From Gemmatimonadales bacterium (GTDB lineage: Bacteria; Gemmatimonadota; Gemmatimonadetes; Gemmatimonadales; GWC2-71-9): a stretch of DNA of 64,000 bases. The translations under genes were made by a program, and so were the position numbers. The notes beneath the pieces are model-generated. The model saw only the letters and a program-made list of their open reading frames with translations, did not search any database and was not told where the DNA came from. Positions 48,301 through 57,991 of the stretch are shown here, piece by piece (position 1 is the stretch's first letter; each line of letters starts with the position of its first letter). The DNA is taken from positions 1-64,000 of the forward strand of contig JBFGJG010000014.1 of NCBI GenBank assembly GCA_041577295.1, read 5' to 3'.

Positions 48301-48717
48301 TTATCCGATCTGGGCGAGGGTATGCCGCGCGTGCTCGACCCACTTCTCTGCATCGGGGCCCCGTGGGGGGCGATCGAGAAAGACGCGGAGGTGCTGCGCG
48401 GCGGTGTCGACTTCCCCGCGCTTCATCAGGAGAAACGCGAGGCCGTAGTGCGCCCCCGCGAGGTTGTGGTCGATCTCCAAGGCCTTGCGGTAGAAGCGGA
48501 TGGCTTCGTCATGCCGCTTGGTCTTGGTGTAGGCAATGGCCATGTTCTGCAGGATTCGCAGGTCGGACGGGTGGTCTCTCAGGGCGAGGCGGTACGAGGT
48601 CAGCGCGGCGTCATAGTCGCCCTGGCGCTCCAAGGCGAGCGCTTCATTCAGGTAGTCGAGGCGCTGCGGTTTTAGCTCGTCGCGCCGCTGCCCAAAGATC
48701 CGTTGCCAGATTCCCAT
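48301..48717 (-). CDS. Tetratricopeptide-repeat protein
   Basis: Three TPR-like repeats (GDYDAAL..Y..AL...P; AHYGLA). Confidence 0.85.
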   Translation of the reverse strand: MGIWQRIFGQRRDELKPQRLDYLNEALALERQGDYDAALTSYRLALRDHPSDLRILQNMAIAYTKTKRHDEAIRFYRKALEIDHNLAGAHYGLAFLLMKRGEVDTAAQHLRVFLDRPPRGPDAEKWVEHARHTLAQIG

Positions 48718-48726
48718 TCGTGCGGG

Positions 48727-48822
48727 AAGATATTAGAGCCTGAACTCAATGGCAACGCATCCGTTGCCGCCCAGTCTCAAGCAACGTACTCCATTGTCAG
48801 TAGCGGGTCCGACGGCTACTAT
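48727..48822. promoter_or_regulatory. Divergent sigma70-type promoters (TPR gene and PRTase gene)
   Basis: - strand TTGCCA-17-TATCTT (48755-48727); + strand TTGTCA-17-TACTAT (48794-48822); inverted repeat GGCAACG-catc-CGTTGCC at 48751-48768. Confidence 0.55.
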
Positions 48823-48831
48823 CCGGATCCT

Positions 48832-49368
48832 ATGTCGGGACCATTTCAGAGCGGGCCAGCCCGCGACGTGCTCGAGGTCGATTGGCCGCTGTTTGGGGAG
48901 CTGTGTCGTGCCCTCGCGCTCAGGATCGTCGGCAGCTTTGATCCGGAGATCATCCTCGGCATCGCAAAGGCGGGGGTCATTCCGGGCGCCGTGGTCGCAT
49001 CGATTCTCCAGCGGGACTTCGCCTCTATGGCTGTGACCAGACGGGCAAGCGAACGCCGCCCGACACTGGTGACTGCACCCCCACCGAGTGTGACGGGCCG
49101 CCGCGTGCTCGTGGTCGATGAAACGTGCGACAGTGGGGATACGCTCAAACTGGCCGTTTCCGCAGTGCGCAAGCTCGCGCCGGCCGAGGTGCGTACCGCT
49201 GTCTCGTTCAAGACGGGACCGCACCAGCCGGACTTTCACGCGCTGGAGACGCAGAGCTTCATCATTTTGCCGTGGGATCGGGAGGTGATCGTCGACGGAA
49301 AGCTGACGATGCGCCCGGATTACGCCGCAAAGCTCGGAGAGTTGGGAGGTCGTGCAGGCGGGTGGTGA
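48832..49368 (+). CDS. Type I phosphoribosyltransferase (Gpt/Hpt-like)
   Basis: GIAKAG, PRPP motif VLVVDETCDSGDTL, LPWD. Confidence 0.85.
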   Translation: MSGPFQSGPARDVLEVDWPLFGELCRALALRIVGSFDPEIILGIAKAGVIPGAVVASILQRDFASMAVTRRASERRPTLVTAPPPSVTGRRVLVVDETCDSGDTLKLAVSAVRKLAPAEVRTAVSFKTGPHQPDFHALETQSFIILPWDREVIVDGKLTMRPDYAAKLGELGGRAGGW

Positions 49369-49408
49369 CCCACCGTCGTTAGTCTACCGCAGTCGTTTGG
49401 TTGGGGAG

Positions 49409-49960
49409 TTACGCTTCGAACAGCGCGCGGTAGTCGCGGCCGGCGCTCATCTCCTGATAGACCGCTTCGAGTGTCTCCGGCGCACCGCCGAGGAAGCGGC
49501 ACTGCTCGTCGTTCCGAGACTGACATTCGATTTCCATGATCGCGATTGGCGATCCGGCGATTCGCGTGAGCAAGTCAGCGAAGAGGCCAGCGGAAACAAA
49601 ACAACACGGGTACGGCGCGTTGGCGTCGCGTTGCGCCTCGGCCCACTCAGCGCATGTTATGACGAGGCCGGCGCTGCCCAGCCGACTCAACTCCAAGTTT
49701 CCCCAGCCGAGCTCGGCGAAGAACGTCGACAGCACCTCGCCAAACCGCTCGGCGTCCAGTTCGCCCGGATCGTTCACGCCCGTATGCTCGGGAAGCCAAC
49801 GACAAAAGGCGGCGTGGATCTCCTCACCGGTCGCTGCACCAATTTCGAGCAAGCACGACGGAGCGTTTGCACCGAGATTTCGCTCGAGCGCCAGCCGCCA
49901 CTGGTACAGTGCCTTGTGCCCGATACCGAGAAGACCGTTCTGCGTGAGTTGCGTATCCAT
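49409..49960 (-). CDS. V4R (4-vinyl reductase) domain protein
   Basis: LGWG.L, CC...AG, EIECQS..D.QCRF signature. Confidence 0.8.
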   Translation of the reverse strand: MDTQLTQNGLLGIGHKALYQWRLALERNLGANAPSCLLEIGAATGEEIHAAFCRWLPEHTGVNDPGELDAERFGEVLSTFFAELGWGNLELSRLGSAGLVITCAEWAEAQRDANAPYPCCFVSAGLFADLLTRIAGSPIAIMEIECQSRNDEQCRFLGGAPETLEAVYQEMSAGRDYRALFEA

Positions 49961-50028
49961 GCTGTCGCCGGTGAAATTGCCTGTCTTGCGAACTTAGAAG
50001 GCGGGGTTCGGAGCGGCAAGGTCAAAAG

Positions 50029-50829
50029 TCACGTGGCTTTAGCCTCCTCGCCAAGCACGGTCATCGCAATCTCCACCAGCCGCCCCAACTCCTCCTCCGA
50101 GGTCCGTGAGAGCAATCCCTCGGTCCACTCGGTTTCATTCCGCTCGAACGCGTCGAGAAGGCGTCGGAGGAAGGTCACGAGTGCGATCCGTTTGATGTCC
50201 GCGCGATCGACCTCGGCGTCGCCGGTGCCCTCGCGCTTTAGCAGCCGCTCATACCGGTACGCGTTGCGCAGCGCCCGCGCGGCAATCGTGGCGATGACCT
50301 GGGTGAAGCGGACGTCCGAACCGGAAAAGGCAGGGCCGTTCTGGAAGGTGCGCACGAAGATGGCACCGATGGCGCTCCCGCGCCACGTGATGGGCACCAC
50401 CGTGATCGACTGCACACGCCGGTTCTCGAGCAATCCTCGAACATGTTTGAGTTCGGGATCGGCCTGCGCGTCGGGAATGAACACGGTGTCCCCCGAGCGC
50501 AGTGCCCGGCGCAACTCCGGATACCGGTCCAGATCGACGAGGTAGTTGCGAATTCCCGGGTCTTCGTATGACGCCACCAAGCGAGCGGCGTTGGTGCCAC
50601 GTTCGACCAACAAGATCGAGCAGCGATCGAGGCCGAACGTCTCTCCCAACTTGCGGGTGATGCTTTGAAGGATGTCGACGAAATGGACGGTACCCGATAC
50701 CTCCTGAAGGATGTCCACGATGGCGAGAAGGTGGCGACGCTCCTGCTCGAGTTCGCGGATTCGTGCTTGTAGTTCTTCCACTGAAGCGGTCTCGGTCGAT
50801 GCCGACTCTTGCATGGATGTTGTCTCCAC
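50029..50829 (-). CDS. Stand-alone GAF-domain protein
   Basis: N-terminal coiled coil; DRCSI.L, IPDAQ.DP, S...VPI...G..IG, F...D...ALRNA GAF pattern; no output domain recognised. Confidence 0.8.
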   Translation of the reverse strand: METTSMQESASTETASVEELQARIRELEQERRHLLAIVDILQEVSGTVHFVDILQSITRKLGETFGLDRCSILLVERGTNAARLVASYEDPGIRNYLVDLDRYPELRRALRSGDTVFIPDAQADPELKHVRGLLENRRVQSITVVPITWRGSAIGAIFVRTFQNGPAFSGSDVRFTQVIATIAARALRNAYRYERLLKREGTGDAEVDRADIKRIALVTFLRRLLDAFERNETEWTEGLLSRTSEEELGRLVEIAMTVLGEEAKAT

Positions 50830-50842
50830 TCTCCCCCCGTGT

Positions 50843-50890
50843 GGCTGTCAAGTTGACAGCCTCGACGGACGACCGTCAAGGGGCTATCAT
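50843..50890. promoter_or_regulatory. Inverted-repeat operator candidates plus promoter
   Basis: GGCTGTCAA-G-TTGACAGCC (50843-50861); CTCGACGG-acga-CCGTCAAG (50861-50880); + strand TCGACG-17-TATCAT. Confidence 0.55.
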
Positions 50891-50916
50891 CCGTGTGCAC
50901 TGCTAAGGAGACAGAC

Positions 50917-51234
50917 ATGGTTCGTGAACGGGATATCGATATCGTGGATGACGATGAGGAGCAGGAAGAACTGGACGAGTTTTCGGATGACGACGCGACG
51001 TCCGGTGTCGTCGGCTTCTTGACCGGTCTACTGATCGGCGCGTTTATCGGCGCGGGTGTGGCGTTGATGCTCGCCCCAGAGCGGGGCGAAGTGACGCGGC
51101 GACGGATTCGAGATCGTCTGCACGATCTGGGTGATGACGCTCGGGATCGGTTGGAGGACCTCCGGGACGAAGCCGGTCGGGAGCTCCGGGTTCAGCGCAA
51201 GCGCCTGCGCAAGCGGCTCAAGAGTCGCCGTTAA
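50917..51234 (+). CDS. YtxH-domain protein
   Basis: FLTGLLIGAFIGAGVALMLAPERGEVTRRRI; AAGGAG SD; acidic N-terminus. Confidence 0.85.
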   Translation: MVRERDIDIVDDDEEQEELDEFSDDDATSGVVGFLTGLLIGAFIGAGVALMLAPERGEVTRRRIRDRLHDLGDDARDRLEDLRDEAGRELRVQRKRLRKRLKSRR

Positions 51235-51433
51235 CTTTCGCCCTTTCTTGTCACTTCGAGCAGCCGTCGCCCTGTAGAAGGGTGGAACGGGTGCCCTTGA
51301 TGCTGGAGGCAGCTCGTGCCAATCGCTCGAGCTGCCTCTTGACGTCTTTCCACGGGAGGGCCGCTGCCAGAAACGGTGTCGCAGGATCGAGTGTGGATGC
51401 GTCTGTGCATCCGGGCGGTCGGGTAACCTGACG

Positions 51434-52783
51434 GTGCTGGTGACCACGTTGATCGAGCGAAAGCGCGACGGTGGCGAGCTGCGGCCTGATGAATGGTCGC
51501 AACTCATCGCCGAGTACACGAGGGGGAGCGTGGAGGACTATCACCTGGCCGCACTCCTGATGGCGGTGTACCTGAACGGCATGACCCCAGCAGAATTGGG
51601 CGCGCTGACGGACGCAATGATCAGGTCGGGCGCCCGGCTGGACTTCACCGGCCATGTCGTTCCGAGGATCGACAAACATTCGACGGGTGGTGTGGGCGAC
51701 AAAGTTTCGCTCGTCCTGGCACCGCTCGCGGCGAGTTGCGGGGTCGCCGTGCCCATGATGTCCGGGCGCGGACTCGGCCACACCGGTGGCACGCTCGACA
51801 AACTCGAGTCCATACCTGGGTTTCGGACCAAGCTGACGCTGGATGAGGCTAAGCGCTTGGTGACGAAGATCGGTGTGGCGATGATGGGGCAGACACCGGA
51901 GATCGCCCCGGCGGATCGAAAGCTGTACGCGTTACGTGACGCCACGGCTACTGTCGAGGCCATTCCGCTCATCGCAGCGAGCATCATGTCCAAGAAGCTC
52001 GCCGAGGGGCTGAACGGTCTGGTGCTCGACGTCAAACGTGGCAGTGGCGCGTTCCTGCCCGAGCTGGAGCGTGGGATCGAGCTGGCGTCGACTATGATCG
52101 CCTTGGGAGAGGAACGCGGTTGCCCGACGGTCGCGCTGCTCACAGCGATGGACCGGCCACTGGGCCACGCGTGCGGTAACGCCCTCGAGACGCGGGAAGC
52201 GCTCCGGGCTCTGCGGGGAGAAGGCCCGGCGGATCTCATGGAAGTCACCTACGCGCTAACCGTGGAGATGCTGCTCCTTGGCGACGTCAGCGACGATCCC
52301 GTGGCTGCCCGCGCGTTGGCGGAGTCGGCGATCGCGTCGGGCCGAGCCGCGGAGAAGTTTCGCGAGATCGTGGCCGCGCAAGGTGGGGATCCGGGCGTCG
52401 TCGATGCCCCCCGAACCCTTGCCGTGGGTACCCACACCCACGTGGTCGAGTCAACAAAGGCCGGTTATGTGGCACAGATCGAGCCGCGCGCCATCGGCAA
52501 GGCGATCGTAGCGATGGGCGGAGGACGCCAGCGTGTGGAAGACGAGATCGATCACGGGGTTGGCTTCGTGATCGACGCGAAGCCGGGCGACCGGGTCGAA
52601 CGCGGTCAGGCGCTCGGAACGGTCTTTGGTCGTGATGTGCAAACACGTGACCTTGGCATACGCACGCTGATCGATGCCATCACGATCGTAGAGCAGGAAC
52701 CGGACCCACCCCTACCGCTCATATCGCATCGGGTCACCCGCGAGGGTGCGGTAGCGACGGCGGTGAGAAGTGACGAGCAGTAA
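51434..52783 (+). CDS. deoA: Thymidine/pyrimidine-nucleoside phosphorylase
   Basis: DKHSTGGVGDK, SGRGLGHTGGTLDKLE, RDATAT, SIMSKK. Confidence 0.93.
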   Translation: MLVTTLIERKRDGGELRPDEWSQLIAEYTRGSVEDYHLAALLMAVYLNGMTPAELGALTDAMIRSGARLDFTGHVVPRIDKHSTGGVGDKVSLVLAPLAASCGVAVPMMSGRGLGHTGGTLDKLESIPGFRTKLTLDEAKRLVTKIGVAMMGQTPEIAPADRKLYALRDATATVEAIPLIAASIMSKKLAEGLNGLVLDVKRGSGAFLPELERGIELASTMIALGEERGCPTVALLTAMDRPLGHACGNALETREALRALRGEGPADLMEVTYALTVEMLLLGDVSDDPVAARALAESAIASGRAAEKFREIVAAQGGDPGVVDAPRTLAVGTHTHVVESTKAGYVAQIEPRAIGKAIVAMGGGRQRVEDEIDHGVGFVIDAKPGDRVERGQALGTVFGRDVQTRDLGIRTLIDAITIVEQEPDPPLPLISHRVTREGAVATAVRSDEQ

Positions 52784-52808
52784 GGAATGAAAGGAGAAGG
52801 GGACTTTC

Positions 52809-53036
52809 TTACTTGGGTGCTCCGGGCCCCCAATCCCGCAGCTCTCCCTCCGCTTCGTCCGGTGTCGTAAAGGCGTCGACGTCGCGCACTTCGGTCTCCG
52901 CCTCATCTAATACTTGAAAGTCGATGTCGTCATCCTCCGTGTCAGGATCCTCTGGCACCGGCTGATCGGGACGACGGAAAAACCAGATGAGCGCTGCCAC
53001 GAGGAGCGCAAGCAGGATGGCTAGAGACCAGGACAT
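52809..53036 (-). CDS. Small single-TM acidic protein
   Basis: N-terminal hydrophobic helix plus an acidic tail (DWGPG); fills an intergenic gap. Confidence 0.65.
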   Translation of the reverse strand: MSWSLAILLALLVAALIWFFRRPDQPVPEDPDTEDDDIDFQVLDEAETEVRDVDAFTTPDEAEGELRDWGPGAPK

Positions 53037-53059
53037 GCTCTCAGGTGGGACGTGACGCG

Positions 53060-53437
53060 CTACAGGTCATCGAGTGGCACACTGGCCCGTACCAAAACCA
53101 AGATGGCGGCTTGCGGGACCACGAGGTAGCGCTTCGACTCGAATGTGATCTCCACGGCAGCCTTGCGAAAGAACAATGCGTAGTCTCCCACACGGGCCTG
53201 CATGGGTACGTACTTGGCCTCGCCCGCGGGCACCTTCCACGGCTCGTCATCGAGGTCAGCCGGTGCCGATAGTGGTGTTCCCGGACCAGTGGCGATGATC
53301 CTTCCGCCCTGTACCGCCTGACGATCGACGGCGGTCGGCGGCAGATACAATCCCACGGAGGTACGCTCCTCTCCCTCTTCTGGCGAGACGAGCACTCGGT
53401 CTCCGACCACGACGAGCTTCTTGTGGGGTTCGGACAT
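53060..53437 (-). CDS. Co-chaperonin GroES (Cpn10) family protein, no adjacent groEL
   Basis: VGDRVLV, ERT..GLYLP, G.IIATGPG, P...VGD, E......YLVV....IL. Confidence 0.85.
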   Translation of the reverse strand: MSEPHKKLVVVGDRVLVSPEEGEERTSVGLYLPPTAVDRQAVQGGRIIATGPGTPLSAPADLDDEPWKVPAGEAKYVPMQARVGDYALFFRKAAVEITFESKRYLVVPQAAILVLVRASVPLDDL

Positions 53438-53549
53438 ACTGGAAATCAAAGGCACGATCCCCCGAAGCGCCAGGGCGACACCCGACGTTTTCACTTTGGG
53501 ACCTGCCGCTTGACGCGGTGCATCGAGCCACCGACCTTCAGCAAAGCCA

Positions 53550-53894
53550 ATGGATCTCTCCGTTCTCGTCGTCCTCGTGTTACTAGTTACCGTCGGCCTC
53601 CGGCTGGTGTTCGTCATGGCCGTGGTGTGGTTGGTTTTCCCGAGGAGGGATCACTGTCCCAAGTGCGAAGATGCGACCATCCCGTTGCTTGCCCCTCGCG
53701 TGCTCCGTGCGTTGCGGCTCGAGCGCCGATGGTGTCTCGCTTGCGGTTGGAGCGGAATGTCCAAGCGCCGCAAGGCAGGGACGCGGGCGCCCCGGACCGC
53801 GACACCTCAGGAAGTGGGCGGCGAGGATCGTTGGCGGTCACGTTGGGACGACGACGATCAGTGGAGTCCGGTCGGCGGCGACGAATGGAAGTAG
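53550..53894 (+). CDS. Membrane-anchored zinc-ribbon protein
   Basis: N-terminal TM, CPKC...CLACGW. Confidence 0.6.
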   Translation: MDLSVLVVLVLLVTVGLRLVFVMAVVWLVFPRRDHCPKCEDATIPLLAPRVLRALRLERRWCLACGWSGMSKRRKAGTRAPRTATPQEVGGEDRWRSRWDDDDQWSPVGGDEWK

Positions 53895-54712
53895 TGGAGC
53901 GCTTCCACTACGGCAGCACGTGGGGTATCTCCTTTGCACTCCTAGCCTTCGCAGCCTGCGCCACAGAAGCTGATCCCACGTTAGCCCTCTTCGCCGACAC
54001 GACGGCGTGGGTCGACCTAACCCATCCGTTTGATAGTACGTCCATCTACTGGCCCACGGCGGAAGCCTTCCGACTCGAGCGTGTCGCCGCGGGCATGACG
54101 CCCGGCGGATATTACTACGCCGCCAACAACCTACGAGCAGCCGAACACGGTGGTACCCATCTCGATGCACCGATCCATTTCGCGGAGGGCCGCCACACCG
54201 CCGATCAGATACCGCTCAACCGTTTTATCGGCCCAGCGCTCGTCGTCGATGTAATTCGAAAAACGCAGGGGGATCGTGATTATCGGGTGACCGCGGAGGA
54301 TCTCCAGGAGTTCGAGCGGGCGCACGGGCGCATTCCCGACGGCGGCATTCTACTGTTGCGAACCGGGTGGGGACGGTACTGGCCGGATCCGGTCGCGTAC
54401 CTGGGCACCGGGCTACAGGGAGAACAGGCCATCCCGGAGCTTCACTTCCCCGGTCTCCATGCCGCTGCCGCAGAATGGCTCGTCAACGAAAGGGCGGTGG
54501 ACGCAGTGGGTATCGACACACCGAGTATCGATCAGGGACAATCCACCACCTTCGATGCACATCAGATTCTCTTCGGAGCCAACATTCCCGCTTTCGAAAA
54601 CGTCGCCAACCTCGATCGTCTGCCCGCCACCGGTGCGTTCGTCATTGCGCTGCCAATGAAGATCGCCGGGGGCAGTGGAGCCCCTCTCCGGATTGTCGCT
54701 GTGGTACCGTAA
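53885..54712 (+). CDS. Cyclase (kynurenine formamidase-like) family protein, possibly a lipoprotein
   Basis: VDLTH, AEHGGTHLDAP.HF, LLRTGW, FPG, GIDTPSID, ENVANL, GSGAPLR; LLAFAAC lipobox-like. Confidence 0.88.
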   Translation: MEVVERFHYGSTWGISFALLAFAACATEADPTLALFADTTAWVDLTHPFDSTSIYWPTAEAFRLERVAAGMTPGGYYYAANNLRAAEHGGTHLDAPIHFAEGRHTADQIPLNRFIGPALVVDVIRKTQGDRDYRVTAEDLQEFERAHGRIPDGGILLLRTGWGRYWPDPVAYLGTGLQGEQAIPELHFPGLHAAAAEWLVNERAVDAVGIDTPSIDQGQSTTFDAHQILFGANIPAFENVANLDRLPATGAFVIALPMKIAGGSGAPLRIVAVVP

Positions 54713-54740
54713 CGCTCTCTACCCGTACAATCTCCTCTAA

Positions 54741-57290
54741 CTAGTCACTCATCTCTCGGAGGACGACCAGCGGTGCTTTGCGGGCGACCTCTCGGCTGCT
54801 CACCAAGCCGATCGCGGTCGTAGCAATGGCAGCGAAGAGCCACACGGCGAGGAGCGGCACCGTAGGCAAGCGGAACGGGAGTTCGAAGAAGAATCTCGTG
54901 AGGGCCCACCCAGCGACCGCAGCGAGGAGCACACCTGTAAAAGCGGACAAAATACCGAGCGTCATATACTCGGCGAACAGGATTTGGCGAATGAGACGCG
55001 AACGGGCGCCGAGGGTCTTGAGCAACGCACTCTCGCGGAGCCGTTGAAATCGGGAGGTCGTGATAGCGCCGACCAACACCACGAGGCCGCTACCGATGCT
55101 GAACAACGCCATGAAACGAATGGCGAGCGCAACACTGTCGAGGATCTTATCCAGGGTTTGCTGAACTAGTGTGAGGTCGATGGCCGAGACGTTCGCATGA
55201 CGCAGGACCAGATCGCGTTGGATTTCGGCGCGCAGCCGCGCGTCCTCCACACGGGTGAGCGTGACAAAGCTCTGCGGAGCGTCGTCCAGCACACCGGGTT
55301 CGAAGACCGCGAAGAAGTTGGTCTCGAAGCGGGCCCAGTCGACGCGTCGAATGCTCGCCACGACGGTTTCGAACTGGCGTCCTTGGATGTTCCAGGTGAT
55401 CCGGTCCCCCAGGCCCACACCCAGCTCAGCTGCGATGTCCTCCTCCAGTGAGATTCGGGGAAGCGTCGGCTCGGTGTCTGATAGGGCCGAACGCTCATCC
55501 CACCAGATTCCTGCGATCACCGCTTCGGACGCGACGAGCGTGTCGCGATACGTGTTCCGGTACTCTCGCGTCAACGGCCAGCGGCTGCGCCGTTCCGAGC
55601 TGTCTTGCAGGATCTCTTGGACAGGTCGCCCATTCACCGCGGCCAAGCGCGATGATACGATGGGGGTCACGTCGAGGATCGGCGCTCCGCGATGTCGCAG
55701 CAACGACTCGACGTCCTCTCGTTGATCCCGTTGGATGTCGAACAGCACGAGGTTTGGTCGTTCGGGATAGGAGGTGACGCGCAGGCGGTCCAGGAGATTC
55801 CATTGAACGACGTAGAGCGTGGCAAGTAGGAACACGCCAAACCCCACGGCCAATGTGACCGCCATGGTCTGATTGTGTGGTCGGAACAGGTTGCTGAATC
55901 CCTGACGGAGCGCAAACGGGGTCTTGGCCGGCATCAGCCGCCGCGTCATGCGGGTGGTCACGAACGCCACGATCCACAAGACCCCTGTTGTCACCACGAC
56001 GCCTCCAGCAAAGCCGAGACCGATGATCCACGCGGGTGCCTGCCACACGCTCAGCCACAGCACGCTTCCCACGAGTGCGATCATGATGACCGCCTGCAGC
56101 GGCCGCGCGTTTCGTGGGGTGGCTTCGTACTCACTCCTGAGTGCCCTGAGGGGCGGGACGTTTCGGACGTCGAGCAACGGGTACAGGGCGAACATGACGG
56201 CAAGCCATACCCCAATACCCAGCCCTGCAGCGACAGCGCTCCAGTCCAGTGCACCGGAGACCTCGAGCGGGAGGAACTCGGCGAACAACGACGGCAGGAA
56301 CGCCTGAACGGCCGCACCAACGGCGGCACCCACGAAGGCGCCGATGAGACCCAGCATCGCTGCCTGCCCGAGGTACACCGCGAACATGGTACGTTGCGTC
56401 GCCCCGAGCGCCCGAAAGACGGCGACCGTGTTGAGTTTTCCTTTGACAAAGACGTGCACCGCACTCGCGACACCGAGGCCTCCCAGCAACAGCGCAACGA
56501 GCCCAACGAGGCCGAGATACCGCGCAAGCATCCCGAGCGAGCGCGTCAAATCCTCCTCCCGTTCGGCGGCGGTATCGATGCCAATCGCTTGGTCCCGCAA
56601 GAACTGACGGTGGGTGTTCAAGAACCGGTCGAGCTGGTCATCGTCCAGCCGCAACAGTGCGGTGTACCTGGCACGGCTGCCGAACTGCAGCAGTCCGGTC
56701 TCGTCCAGGTAGGCCCCTGGGATGTACACCCGCGGCCCGATGGCGGCCAAGATTCCCAGTTCGCCTGGGACCCGTGTGAGGGCACCGATGATCGCAAAGC
56801 GAGATTCGCCGATGAGCAGCGTATCACCGATTCTCGCCTCCAGCTGAACCAGCAGCGTCGAATCGACGAGCGCATGTCGATCAAACTGGAGCTCGGACCA
56901 CCGGCCTTCGGGTGCCGTCTCGATCGTTCCGTAGAAGGGAAAATTGCCTTGGACAGCGCGCACGTCCACGAGCCGTGTGAGCCCTGTTCGGACCGCGAGT
57001 GCCATCGAGGCAAAGCTCGTGACCTCTGATATCGGCACGCCGTTGCGTACCGCCGAATCGAGGATCCCTCGGACGCGTCCAACCAAGGGACTCCGGCTGC
57101 GGAGCTCGAGGTCCGCCCCGAGCAGAACGCGCGACTGACCTCTGATCGAGGCGGCGACGTTCTCGCGGAACGAGTTGATCGACACGAGCGCCGCCACGCC
57201 AAGGGCGATCGAGCCCATGAACACCCCGAGGCGGCGTCGGCTGCTCCGAAACTCGCGACGCATGGTGGACAACACAAACGGGAGGCTCAC
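54741..57290 (-). CDS. ybbP: YbbP-like ABC transporter permease (FtsX/MacB type)
   Basis: LLGADL, FPFYG, LLGGLGV, LKTLGA; two permease repeats. Confidence 0.85.
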   Translation of the reverse strand: MSLPFVLSTMRREFRSSRRRLGVFMGSIALGVAALVSINSFRENVAASIRGQSRVLLGADLELRSRSPLVGRVRGILDSAVRNGVPISEVTSFASMALAVRTGLTRLVDVRAVQGNFPFYGTIETAPEGRWSELQFDRHALVDSTLLVQLEARIGDTLLIGESRFAIIGALTRVPGELGILAAIGPRVYIPGAYLDETGLLQFGSRARYTALLRLDDDQLDRFLNTHRQFLRDQAIGIDTAAEREEDLTRSLGMLARYLGLVGLVALLLGGLGVASAVHVFVKGKLNTVAVFRALGATQRTMFAVYLGQAAMLGLIGAFVGAAVGAAVQAFLPSLFAEFLPLEVSGALDWSAVAAGLGIGVWLAVMFALYPLLDVRNVPPLRALRSEYEATPRNARPLQAVIMIALVGSVLWLSVWQAPAWIIGLGFAGGVVVTTGVLWIVAFVTTRMTRRLMPAKTPFALRQGFSNLFRPHNQTMAVTLAVGFGVFLLATLYVVQWNLLDRLRVTSYPERPNLVLFDIQRDQREDVESLLRHRGAPILDVTPIVSSRLAAVNGRPVQEILQDSSERRSRWPLTREYRNTYRDTLVASEAVIAGIWWDERSALSDTEPTLPRISLEEDIAAELGVGLGDRITWNIQGRQFETVVASIRRVDWARFETNFFAVFEPGVLDDAPQSFVTLTRVEDARLRAEIQRDLVLRHANVSAIDLTLVQQTLDKILDSVALAIRFMALFSIGSGLVVLVGAITTSRFQRLRESALLKTLGARSRLIRQILFAEYMTLGILSAFTGVLLAAVAGWALTRFFFELPFRLPTVPLLAVWLFAAIATTAIGLVSSREVARKAPLVVLREMSD

Positions 57291-57991
57291 CGAACGGCCC
57301 CTGTCGACTTGGGTACCAAACGGCCCTCCGAAATACGCACAACACGATGCGCGCGGCCTGCGAGCTCCGGATCGTGCGTGACCAAGACGAGCGTGGTTTG
57401 TCCCTCCAGGTTGAGGGCCTCGAGGAGGTCGATGACGTGACGTCCCGTGGCGGCGTCGAGATTCCCCGTCGGCTCATCGGCAAAGAGCACCTTGGGCGCG
57501 TTGGCAAAGGCACGGGCAATGGCGACACGCTGCTGCTCACCGCCAGACAGCTGGCTCGGATAGTGATCCACGCGGTCCGCCAGCCCAACGCGGTCCAGCA
57601 GCTCGAGTGCACGCAATGACGCTCCGCCGCCATCGAATGTGGGGGCGTGCAGTCGACGGAGCTCGATGGGAACCATCACGTTCTCGAGTGCGGTGAGGGT
57701 TGGGATCAGCTGGAATGTTTGAAACACGAACCCGACCTTTTCCGCCCGAAGGCGTGCGCGTCCGTCCTCCGTGAGGCTTCCAAGGTTGACGCCGTCCAGC
57801 GTTACCGTTCCGGCCGTCGGTCGTTCGAGACCTGCCAACAGACCGAGCAGCGTGGTCTTCCCGCTGCCGGACGGACCGACGATCGCCACGAAGCCCTGTG
57901 GCTCGACATGTAACGACACATCTCGCAACACGGTGAGGGGGCGGCCACCACTTGAGTATGTTTGTTCGAGATTGTCAGCGATGATCATCAT
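57287..57991 (-). CDS. ybbA: YbbA-like ABC transporter ATP-binding protein
   Basis: [39 protein letters not shown] 57991 or 57988. Confidence 0.88.
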   Translation of the reverse strand: MMIIADNLEQTYSSGGRPLTVLRDVSLHVEPQGFVAIVGPSGSGKTTLLGLLAGLERPTAGTVTLDGVNLGSLTEDGRARLRAEKVGFVFQTFQLIPTLTALENVMVPIELRRLHAPTFDGGGASLRALELLDRVGLADRVDHYPSQLSGGEQQRVAIARAFANAPKVLFADEPTGNLDAATGRHVIDLLEALNLEGQTTLVLVTHDPELAGRAHRVVRISEGRLVPKSTGAVR

